This document shows, one piece after another, positions 1 through 10,039 of a DNA stretch of 26,985 bases. A program made the translations under genes and the position numbers. Under the pieces are notes generated by a model. That model saw only the letters and a list, made by a program, of their open reading frames with translations, did no database searches and was not told the origin of the DNA. This DNA comes from Octopus sinensis (lineage: Eukaryota), in assembly GCF_006345805.1 (NCBI RefSeq), contig NW_021834103.1, positions 1-26,985 of the forward strand, given 5' to 3'. The stretch's first letter is position 1, and every line of letters begins with the position of its first letter.

Positions 1-265
1 GGGTGTTAGACAGTCGGAGAATCTCTACGATTTCACTAGCACCAATTTCTGCCCTCTTAATTCCAACCTATTGTAATCCCATGGATTACTATGTGTGGGG
101 CACGGTTGAGGAAGACACCAACCGCTCAGCTGCAATATCAAATTGGTAGCCAAGATCACGAAGGTGTTCGGAAATCTTTCCAGGGACACAGCGAAGATTG
201 CATGCGCCAGGTTCCGGAGCTCTCTCGAGGCTGTGATAGAAGCCGAGAGCGGCTATTTTGAATAA
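1..265 (+). mobile_element. Decayed Tc1/mariner-superfamily transposase, C-terminal fragment
   Basis: Frameshifted translation gives FCPLNS..CNPMDYYVWGTVEEDTNRS..VAKITKVFGNLSRDTAKIACARFRSSLEAVIEAESGYFE*, matching the WPPNSPDxNPxDYxVW motif and the typical EAVIxAxGGYxE terminus. The element's 3' end may continue after the SINE cluster to about 964. Confidence 0.8.
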
Positions 266-303
266 ACTGTTACCTGCCAGCTATAATCTAGTTGGTATTT
301 TTG

Positions 304-893
304 GGCGAGCTGGCAGAAGCGTTAGCACGCCGGGTGAAATGCTTAGCAGTATTTCGTCTGCCGTTACGTTCTGAGTTCAAATTCCGCCGAGGTCGACTTT
401 GCCTTTCATCCTTTCGGGGTCGATTAAATAAGTACTAGTTACACACTGGGGTCGATATAATCGACTTAATCCGTTTGTCTGTCCTTGTTTGTCCTCTGTG
501 TTTAGCCCATTGTGGGCAGTAAAGAAATAGGTATTTCGTCTGCCGTTATGTTCTGAGTTCAAATTCCGCCGAGGTCGACTTTGCCTTTCATCCTTTCAGG
601 GTCGATTAAATAAGTACCAGTTATGCACTGGGGTTCGATATAATCGACTTAATCCGTTTGTCTGTCCTTGTTTGTCCTCTCTGTGTTTAGCCCCTTATGG
701 GTAATAAAGAAATAGGTATTTCGTCTGCCACTACATTCTGAGTTCAAATTCTGTCGGGGTCGACTTTTGCCTTTCATCCTCGATTAAATAAGTACCAGTT
801 ACGCACTGGGGTCGATATAATCGACTTAATCCGTTTGTCTGTCCTTGTTTGTCCTTTCTGTGTTTAGCCCCTTGTGGGTAGTAAAGAAATAGA
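304..893 (+). mobile_element. SINE-like family 1, tail type A: one head plus three tandem bodies of about 183 bp
   Basis: Head ggcgagctggcagaagcgttagc, then three near-identical units from gtatttcgtctgcc to gtaaagaaata. Flanked by the direct repeat tatttttggg (296-305 and 894-903). Many other copies occur in the window. Confidence 0.85.
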
Positions 894-1119
894 TATTTTT
901 GGGTTTTTAAAAAATACTTTTATTTTTGGATGCAAACTGTCAAATCTAGGTCGAACACGCGTTAGGTGAAATAAACTTCAGAGAAGCTTTGTCCCTCACA
1001 GAAACAACAGGAGCTACTCAGAGTTTTGCAAGATCTTCTAAATTATTTACGATGCTGGAAATCCTTCTGCATCATCAGCAGGTTGTTTCTGATGCTGTGC
1101 CTATTTCCTTGATGGCTCA

Positions 1120-1385
1120 TCTATGTATGTATGTATGTGTGGTGTGTGTGTGTCTGTCTATCTATCAATGTTTACCTGTTTGTCTGTCTATCTATCTATC
1201 TGTCTGTCTATCAGTCTATCTCTCTCTCTCTCTCTATCTGTCTACCTGTCTGTATATCTATCTATCTGTGTGTCTGTCTGTCTATCTATTTATCTATCTA
1301 TCTGTCTACCTATCTATCTACCTATCTATCTATATATCTGTCTACCTATCTATCTACCTACCTACCTACCTACCTATCTATCTAT
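1120..1385. repeat. Compound (TCTA)/(TCTG)/(CCTA) microsatellite
   Basis: Direct reading; source of several spurious ORFs. Confidence 0.9.
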
Positions 1386-1632
1386 TGGCCGTGTGGTAAG
1401 TAGCTTGCTTTCTAACCACATGGTTCCAGGTTCAGTCCCACTGTGTGGCATCTTGGGCAAGTGTCTTGTATTATTGCCTTGGTCTGACCAAGCCTTGGGA
1501 GTGGATTTGGTAGACGGAAACTGAAAGAAGCCTGTCAAATATTTATATATGTATGTGTGTGTATATGTTTGTGTGTCTGTGTTTGTCCCCCCACCATCAC
1601 TTGACAACCGATGTTTGTGTGTTTACATCCCC
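1386..1632 (+). mobile_element. tRNA-derived SINE family 2 (CORE-like), 3' truncated
   Basis: tRNA-like head (tggccgtgtggtaag..ggttccaggttcagtccc), CORE-like ttgggcaagtg segment and an internal TA/TG microsatellite. Same family as 18298-18732. Confidence 0.75.
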
Positions 1633-1636
1633 ATAC

Positions 1637-1682
1637 CCTGGACTGATGACGGGCAAGACCCAGAAACATGCATGTCTTCAGG
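1637..1682 (+). ncRNA. Type I hammerhead ribozyme motif with palindromic helix III
   Basis: Helix I cctgga (1637-1642) / ttcagg (1677-1682); core CTGATGA 1643-1649; helix II c-ggg-caaga-ccc-a; GAAA 1663-1666; helix III palindrome ACATGCATGT; cleavage triplet GTC ending at 1676. Confidence 0.7.
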
Positions 1683-2144
1683 TGCTAGTCCTAGCTGGTG
1701 GGGGTGCTTGTCTCCCCTTCGGAAATATAAGGACACAGAAAATGTGTCAAAGCTGACAGGAGACGCCGATGTTTCCTAGGGCTAAACAACGGTGGTGTAA
1801 TTCCCTTACGTAACTGTCGCATTATGTTGACAGTATACAACCACTCTATCGCTCCACCACTGCTCATGTCTCTCGGAGACATTTAGGAATTCAATATTTC
1901 TAATAAGTATTAATATGTTTAATGATTAATGTTATAAAGTTTAATAAGGGGCTCAAATTTTACCCCTCCCTCAATTTGAAATTTTGAACTTTTTCATCCA
2001 TTTATTTATTTATCTGTCTGTCTATTTATCCCTGTCCGTTTATTCATAAAATATATTTGTCAAATGTGGTGGGCCTATAGAAGGCAGTGTTACTGTTGTT
2101 TTTAGCCCCAGGAAGACTTTCATATCTACCTGTACACACATCTC

Positions 2145-2729
2145 TCTTTTTACTCTTTTACTTGTTTTCAGTCATTTGACTGCGGCCATGCTGGAGCACC
2201 GCCTTTAGTCAAGCAAATCGACCCCGGGACTTATTCTTTTTTTTGTAAGCCCTGTACTTATTCTATCGGTCTCTTTTGCTGAACCGCTAAGTGACGGGGA
2301 CGTAAACACACCAGCATTGGTTGTCAAGCAATGCTAGGGGGACAAACACACACACACAAACACACACACACATATATGTATATATATATATACGACAGGC
2401 TTCTTTCAGTTTCCGTCTACCAAATCCACTCACAAGGCATTGGTTGGCCTGAGACTATAGTAGAAGTCACTTGCCTAAGATGCCATGCAATGGGACTGAA
2501 CCCGGAACCATGTGGTTGGGAAGCAAGCTACTTACCACACAGCCACTCCTGCACCTATAATATATACGATGGGCTTCTTTCAGTTTCCGTCTACCAAATT
2601 CACTCACAAGGCATTGGTCGGCCCGGGGCTATAGCAGAAGACACTTGCCTAAGATGCCAAGGAATGGGACTGAATCCGGAACCATGTAGTTGGTTAGCAA
2701 GCTACTTACCACACAGCCACTCCTGCGCC
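2145..2729 (-). mobile_element. SINE family 2 with a tandemly duplicated head and core (period about 174 bp)
   Basis: cttctttcagtttccgtctacc..cacacagccactcctgc occurs twice (about 2400 and 2574), followed on the minus strand by the microsatellite and 3' body. Confidence 0.8.
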
Positions 2730-3049
2730 TATATACATCTATATACTTATTGAATGAAAAATTTTGAAAACGTGGTTTCTTGCACATTCGGAATCTCCAT
2801 CATCTAAAACATAAGAGTAAAAATTCCGAAAAAGTTCAAACTTTATTTTTTGATGGGGGGGTTAAATTTTTTTTTTCTTTTTGCATATTCATAATCTCCG
2901 ACATCTTAAATGTAGGAATCTGAAAAAAAAATTTCCAAAAAAGCTATATTTTTTAAGGAGAGGTGTGAAACTGCATTAGCCCCCCCCCCACTCTTCTACT
3001 TCTCAAAAAATTTCTATTGTTTTAAATGAAATTCTTATATTTGTTGAAG

Positions 3050-3828
3050 GTTGACTGTGTCCATGCTGGAGTACCACCTTTAGTCGAGCAAATCGACCCC
3101 AGGACTTATTCTTTGTAAGCCTAGCACTTATTCTACCAGTCTCTTTAGCCGAACCGCTAAGTTATGGGGACGTAAACACACCAGCATCGGTTGTCAAGTA
3201 ATGTTGGGGGGAACAAACACAGACACACAAACATGTATACATATACATATATATATATATACACATACATATATAGGACAGGCTTCTTTCAGTTTCCACT
3301 CACAGGGCTTTGGTCGGCCCAAGGCTATAGTAGAAGACGGAGGCGCAATGGCCCAGTGGTTAGGGCAGCGGACTCGCGGTCATAGGATCGCGGTTTCGAT
3401 TCCCAGACCGGGCGTTGTGAGTGTTTATTGAGCGAAAACACCTAAAAGCTCCACGAGGCCCCGGCAGGGGATGGTGTTGATCCCTGCTGTACTCTTTCAC
3501 CACAACTTTCTCTCACTCTTACTTCCTGTTTCTGTTGTACCTGTATTTCAAAGGGCCGGCCTTGTCACTCTCTGTGTCACGCTGAATATCCCCGAGAACT
3601 ACGTTAAGGGTACACGTGTCTGTGGAGTGCTCAGCCACTTACACGTTAATTTCATGAGCAGGCTGTTCCGTTGATTTGGATCAACCGGAACCCTCGTCGT
3701 CGTAACCGACAGAGTGCTTCCATCCATCCATAGTAGAAGACACCTGCGCAAGGTGCCACGCAGTGGAACTGAACCCGAAACCATGTAGTTCAAAAGCAAG
3801 CTATTTACCACACTGCCACTCCAACGCC
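3050..3828 (-). mobile_element. SINE family 2 copy interrupted by a SINE family 3 insertion
   Basis: Family 2 sequence at 3050-3338 resumes at 3730-3828. Confidence 0.8.
3339..3729 (+). mobile_element. Full-length tRNA-derived SINE family 3 (391 bp) with 12-bp TSD
   Basis: A box TGGCCCAGTGG 3349-3359, B box GGTTTCGATTCC 3392-3403, (TCCA)n tail, exact TSD atagtagaagac at 3327-3338 and 3730-3741. A 3' fragment of the same family lies on the minus strand at about 25641-25743. Confidence 0.9.
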
Positions 3829-3994
3829 TATATCTACAACATCTGTAAATTTACAAACCTATATCCAGAGCACTACATGCTATCTCTATACAAACATAAA
3901 TTTGAATAGTTTTCTACATATATCTTGATATTTACAGCTTCAGTAATATATATTAATTACTATCTTCAAAATAGATGGCAAATTTAATATATAT

Positions 3995-4240
3995 ATGGGA
4001 TGGTCACAGATGGGACATCTTTGATCACAGGTCTGTCTTACCTGGGGCTTAAACAACAACAACAGCAATTATAACCACTAATACTAACTACTATACTATA
4101 CATTGGATAATGTAGTCCTAGGTACACTATGCCTGAATAAAAGACAGGATGGTCACAAATGAAATATCTTTGATTGTAGGTCTCTGTGGATCAGGACTGA
4201 CCTTGGGCTAAAGAACAACAACAACAACAATAACAACAAC
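3995..4240 (+). repeat. Unclassified 148-bp-unit repeat, about 1.6 tandem units
   Basis: gatggtcaca..atctttgat..ggggct(t)aaac(aac)n..ccactaatactaactactata..gataatgtagtcctag; same unit as the array at 25893-26320. Confidence 0.75.
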
Positions 4241-4313
4241 AAATCCAATAAAATCCAGAATTTAATTTATTTCTCTAATTTTTCAATTACAGACCATTTC
4301 ATGATTCACTTGC

Positions 4314-4352
<39 letters not shown>

Positions 4353-4791
4353 GCACTGGTTTCTAATTTTTGACACAAAGCCAGCAATTTTGGTGAGAAG
4401 GGAGTGGGTTGTTAGTTGATGATATCAACTGCAGTACTTTGCCGTTTGCTGGAATATTTATTTTGTCAGCCCCCACCCCCATCTCGACCCCAGAAGGACA
4501 GAAAGGTAGAGCTGACCTCGGCAGGATTCGACCTCAAAACTTAGCTGCAAAAAAAAAAAAATCTATGCAATGAAGGCATTACCAATTCTGTTGAAGCACC
4601 AACCTGATGATCCCTGATATATATAGACACACACACATACATGCATGTGGATATATACATATATATATATATTTATCTCCCCTACTATCCCTCTAGTGTC
4701 TAACGTCTGACCTCGGCCTGAAGTCAGAATGCCATGATAGACCATTAGCTCCTACACGCATTTTTTTCTCTCCTTGTTTTTTTTCTGTGTA

Positions 4792-4829
4792 TCTTTCTGT
4801 TGAAGAGCGTAGGCTCGAAACGTAAAAGA
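4792..4829 (+). ncRNA. Degenerate minimal hammerhead motif, probably in a Penelope-like repeat remnant
   Basis: tcttt-CTGTTGA-a-gagc-gtag-gctc-GAAA-cgt-a-aaaga. Helices I and II pair perfectly and helix III is the palindrome ACGT, but core A6 is changed to T. Confidence 0.5.
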
Positions 4830-5277
4830 CTTGTTCTATTTCTATTCCTGTTTATTTTCGTAAACCTTCCCATTATTTATATATATATATATATATATAT
4901 AGTTGAAACACTCCTGTCACAACCTGGGACCTTGAAGACTGCTTAAATGCAAGAAAGTATATTAGTCCCCTAATATTTGATATTCAATATTTGATCTATT
5001 CAATAAGACGATCAATACTTGATTTCATTTTACCAAACATACACTATATATATACTATATTATAAAGAATATAAATAAAACAAAAAACAGACAGAGTTGG
5101 AATTCCTTTGAATAATATATATATATATATATATATATTTATTATTTTATTATTTTGCCTGTATGGCTTGTAGTTGGTGCTACTAGGGATGGTATTTTTA
5201 ATAGAACTATTGCTCTCACATTCACATATATATATATATACAAATGTATATATATATATAAATACATATGTACATAT

Positions 5278-5314
<37 letters not shown>

Positions 5315-5877
5315 AATATATGTGTGTGTGTGTGTGTATACAAATACACACACACATACAAGATAAATTTCTTTAGGGAACATATTTTGGGGTTGCCCAA
5401 TAAGTATATATAACATACATATATACACACTAACAGAAATTACAATAACATTTCCACTGCAACACAATGGACAAGGTCAGTGAATTATAAACAACCCCCA
5501 GTATTTCACTGGTACAATAGTTTATCAACCAACGCCTGGGAGAGCTAAAGGTAACTTCGACCGCACAGGGATTCAAACCCTTCAACTCACAACACAGTGC
5601 CATTCATTAAATATCGACGCAATATTTTTGTCAGATGACACTCTACCGATTATGCCAAACCACTGCCGATGATAACAACAGATTTTTTAAACAGGCACAA
5701 GGCCTGCAATTTTGAAGGAAAATGGGGGGTAGTCAATTACATCAACCCCCCCCCACCTGCCACTGACTGACTAGTACATAATGTTGTGGGGTAGGATGAG
5801 GGGTGGTGTTAGGGGTATGTGGCTAATACCCTTCCTTCATAATTGCGGTCTTGTATAGTATAATGATAATAATAATC

Positions 5878-6245
5878 ATTTCTGCTATAGGCACAAGGGG
5901 ACTAGCCAATTACATAGACCCCAGTATGTAACTGGTACTTATTTCAATGACCCCAAAAGGATGAAAGGCAAAGTCGACCTTGGCAGAATTTGAACTCAGA
6001 ATGTAAAAATGGATAAAATGCCACAAACCATTTTTGCCCCCTGTGGTAACGATTCTGCCTGCTCAATAATAATAATCCTTTCTATTATAGGCACAAGGCC
6101 TGAAATTTGGGGGCGGGGACTAGTCAATTACATCGATCCCAGTGCTTCACTGGTACTCAATAATTTATCAACCCTGCCGAAAGGATGAAAGGCAAAGTCG
6201 ACCTTGGCGGAATTTGAACTCAGATGGATGAAATGCCGCAAAGCT
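5878..6245 (-). mobile_element. Two SINE-like family 1 copies, tail type B ((ATT)n tail)
   Basis: Shared core (ggatgaaaggcaaagtcgacc..gaatttgaactcag on the plus strand), joined to a different 3' end (ggccttgtgcctata..gaaaggattattatt on the minus strand). Copies at about 5878-6064 and 6076-6245. Confidence 0.75.
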
Positions 6246-6305
6246 AAATTGTCCCAACTCCTCCACCTCACCGGCTTTGTGCCAAGCAACAATTATAACA
6301 ACGAC

Positions 6306-6347
<42 letters not shown>

Positions 6348-7264
6348 TCAATGAATTTTAGACACGATTGATCCACTGGGTCATATGGATTTACAATAAA
6401 CTGACCGTACAGAATACAGAACTGTACAGATTATTAAAATTTTAATAAACCAAGGATACCTACCATATATCAATGATTGCAGGTGAGACAAAATTTAAAA
6501 AAAAAAAAAATGCAAAACAATGAAATGAAAACGGAAAAAAAAAAAAAAAAAATCCAGTTAATTAAAATTAACAATAATTAACGATCTGTTTACAATCTAA
6601 GGTCCTAACAGCATCCTCGAGATATACATTGTACCCAGTTCATAATTGGCTTTATTTTTCAGTTTGTGATTATTTGTTTTTTTTAATTTTTTTTACTCAC
6701 ACACATGTAGGCAAGTGTATATATACACACACACACACATACATACATTTATATGTATATATACATACACAAATAGATGTACATATGTGCACACACAGAG
6801 ATGTATCTATATGTATGTATGTGTTTTATATGTGTCCCATGTATATCAATAGATATATCAAAGTATGGGTATACATATGGGTATATATATATTTATATAT
6901 ATGTGTGTGTGTATGTATAAATATATAAGTGTGTGTGCTTGTCTGTGACGTTCTGTTTTTGTTGTTATTATTATTATCATTATTGTTTTTACGTATTTTT
7001 GTATTCATATTCATGTAACATCGTCCGTTTTTCCGTCCTTGTTTTGTATACATTCGAGGCTTTCTTCCAAGGAATCTAATACGCTTGGCTTAGATTTTCC
7101 TTTGGGGCTGGCCAGGTCGGAGCAATCTCAAGATTAATCAGCCGAAATTGCGAAGATGATCCGGTTCTTGACTGAAGATTGAAGGCTTCGAATGTCCCGT
7201 CCATGTTTTTTGTATCGTCTTGTAAAGGTTTTACGTTCTTGTCCCTGTTTGTATTTTTTAACAT

Positions 7265-7319
<55 letters not shown>

Positions 7320-7520
7320 ATATCATGCATGCATGTGTATGTATGTATATTATATACATACATATCTGTACAAAAACATACAGATATTCACATGGACACA
7401 CACATGTATATGCATGTGTAGAGATATATACACATACAGATATATGTGTGTGTGTATATATATATATATATTTATTATGTATATATAATATATTTTTCCA
7501 GTCACATCAATACATATATG

Positions 7521-7553
<33 letters not shown>

Positions 7554-7674
7554 TAACACATGTACCTAGGTATATATCTGCATGTAGATATATACCTGTG
7601 TGTCTATTACTGCACACATGAAAATATGTGTGTATAGCTACATTTATATATTTGCCTATGCACGTGTATATATA

Positions 7675-7942
7675 ATTATTCACAGAAGAGTACAGTGTAC
7701 GTTCAAACACAAAAAAAGTGATACCCGAAGAATAGGATATCTGACTCGCTAGAAAGAGCAGTTAAAATCTTCAAGCCACCAATTGTTGTAATTCCGAAAG
7801 TGATTGGAAAATAAAAACTTTTACCTTCAATCACTTAAGGAATTACAGCAATTGGTGGCTTGGAGTTTTAACTGCTCTTTCTAGCGAGTCAGATATCCTA
7901 TTCTTCGGGTTTGAACGTACACTGTATTCTTCTCTGAATAAT
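7675..7942. mobile_element. Foldback/MITE-like element with long terminal inverted arms (about 120 bp each)
   Basis: Left attattcacagaagagtacagtgtacgttcaaac..ccgaagaataggatatctgactcgctagaaagagcagttaaaa mirrors right ttttaactgctctttctagcgagtcagatatcctattcttcgggtttgaacgtacactgtattcttctctgaataat. Short central spacer; the left arm has a 15-16 bp insertion. Confidence 0.85.
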
Positions 7943-8296
7943 ATATAGTCTATTGACTAATTTTTTCTTTCTCGTTAGACCATGTGTATATATATATATA
8001 TATATATATATTTCGTTTTTGTATATGGTTTGCAAGATTCTTTATGTGAATTTGTGTGTTGAAGCATGTTTTCTGGGGAGAGTCATTCTCTTTTAGTGCC
8101 TTATTACTTTAACACCCCCCACCCGGTCTGTTTTCCATTTGTTTACTAAATCCTTAAAAATGTTTTAGCCCAAAGGCCGCGGCCATGCTGGGGCACCACC
8201 GCTGTTTTTACTTATTATTTTTTTTTTTTTACTAAAATTTTCTGTTGCCACTAACAACCTTTTCAACTGTCATCGATTCTGTCCATTCTTCAAATA

Positions 8297-9165
8297 GGAA
8301 AAAACTAATTCACATTCCTCCTTTTTTTCCTCCTCCTCCTCATCCTCATCATCATCGTCGTCAACATCTTCATTGTCATAAAAGGACAAAACTAATTCAG
8401 ATTCCTCCTTTTTTTCCTCCTCCTCCTCCTCCTCATCCTCATCATCATCGTCGTCATCATCTTCATTGTCATAAAAGGACAAAACTAATTCAGATTCCTA
8501 CTTTTTTTCCTCCTCCTCCTCCTCCTCATCCTCATCATCATCGTCGTCAACATCTTCATTGTCATAAAAGGACAAAACTAATTCAGATTCCTCCTTTTTT
8601 TCCTCCTCCTCCTCATCCTCATCATCACCGTCGTCAACATCTTCATTGTCATAAAAGGACAAAACTAATTCAGATTCCTACTCTCTTTCCTCCTCCTCCT
8701 CCTCCTCATCCTCATCATCATCGTCGTCATCATCTTCATTGTCATAAAAGGACAAAACTAATTCAGATTCCTACTCTCTTTCCTCCTCCTCCTCCTCCTC
8801 ATCCTCATCATCATCGTCGTCATCATCTTCATTGTCATAAAAGGACAAAACTAATTCAGATTCCTACTCTCTTTCCTCCTCCTCCTCCTCCTCATCCTCA
8901 TCATCATCGTCGTCATCATCTTCATTGTCATAAAAGGACAAAACTAATTCACATTCCTCCTTTTTTTCCTCCTCCTCCTCATCCTCATCATCATCGTCGT
9001 CATCATCTTCATTGTCATAAAAGGACAAAACTAATTCACATTCCTACTCTCTTTCCTCCTCCTCCTCCTCATCATCATCATCATCGTCATCATCATCATC
9101 ATCATTATCATCAGTTTCATTGTCATCATCATCATCATCATCGCCGCCGTCATCATTTAGCATCT
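8297..9165. repeat. 87/93-bp minisatellite, 9 units, running into a (CAT)n tract
   Basis: Unit aaaggacaaaactaattcagattcct..(cct)n(cat)n..cttcattgtcat, with ggacaaaac at 8384, 8477, 8570, 8657, 8750, 8843, 8936 and 9023. Confidence 0.95.
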
Positions 9166-9480
9166 ATTTTCCATACTGGCATCGGTTGGACAGCTTCACA
9201 GAAGCTGGCAAGGCCGAGGGTTGTATCAGGATCCATAGTCTGTTGCGGCTTGGTTGGTTTCTACAGCTGGATCCCAAACACAATCAATGAATGGTCCAGG
9301 TATAACGGACAGAATCAACAACTACTGGAAAGGTTTCATGTCACAACGGAAACTTTAGTAAAAAATAATAAATAAATTAGTGGAAATTGATAAGGCACTA
9401 AAAGAGAATGACTTTCCCCAGACACTATATATATATATGTGTGTGTATATATGTGTACATATGTATATATATATATATAT

Positions 9481-9611
9481 TATTTCTTTATTGCCCACAA
9501 GGGGCTAAACATAGAGGGGACAAACAAGGAGAGACAAACGGATTAAGTCGATTATACTGACCCCAGTGCGTAACTGGTACTTAATTTATTGACCCCGAAA
9601 GGATGAAAGGC
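9481..9611 (-). mobile_element. 5'-truncated SINE-like family 1 tail type A copy within (TA)n
   Basis: tatttctttattgcccacaaggggctaaac..ggatgaaaggc, flanked by TA repeats. Confidence 0.75.
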
Positions 9612-9630
9612 ATATATATATGTATGTATA

Positions 9631-9682
<52 letters not shown>

Positions 9683-9994
9683 ATATATATTATGCATATA
9701 TATATGTATGCATATATAATGTATATATATATATATATACACAACAACAACAAGAATCCTTTCTACCATACACACAAGGTCTGAAATTTCAGGGGAGGGA
9801 GCTACTTGATACCATCAACCCCAGTACTGGACTGGTCCTTTATTTTATCGACCCCTGTAAGAATGAGGAGGCAAAGTCGACTCCAGTAGGATTTGAACTC
9901 GGGACATAGAGATAGATGAAATGCCTCTAAGCATTTTTTGTCTGGCATGCTAATGACTCTGCCAAGCAGTTGCCTTACAATATTACTGATAATA

Positions 9995-10029
<35 letters not shown>

Positions 10030-10039
10030 TAATAATAAT

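Noticed and set aside
1002-1081. Possible plus-strand exon (ccctcacag acceptor; KQQELLRVLQDLLNYLRCWKSFCIIS)
   Set aside because: Weak donor (gttgtt), no partner exons and no recognisable homology.
3339-3415. tRNA gene (also heads at 1386, 18298 and 15250)
   Set aside because: A and B boxes are present but no complete cloverleaf or acceptor stem; each runs on into a SINE body.
7160-7200. CTGAAGA hammerhead-like core (also CTGATGA at about 4606 and 24054, and minus strand about 1073)
   Set aside because: No properly spaced GAAA with helix II, and no helix I pairing.
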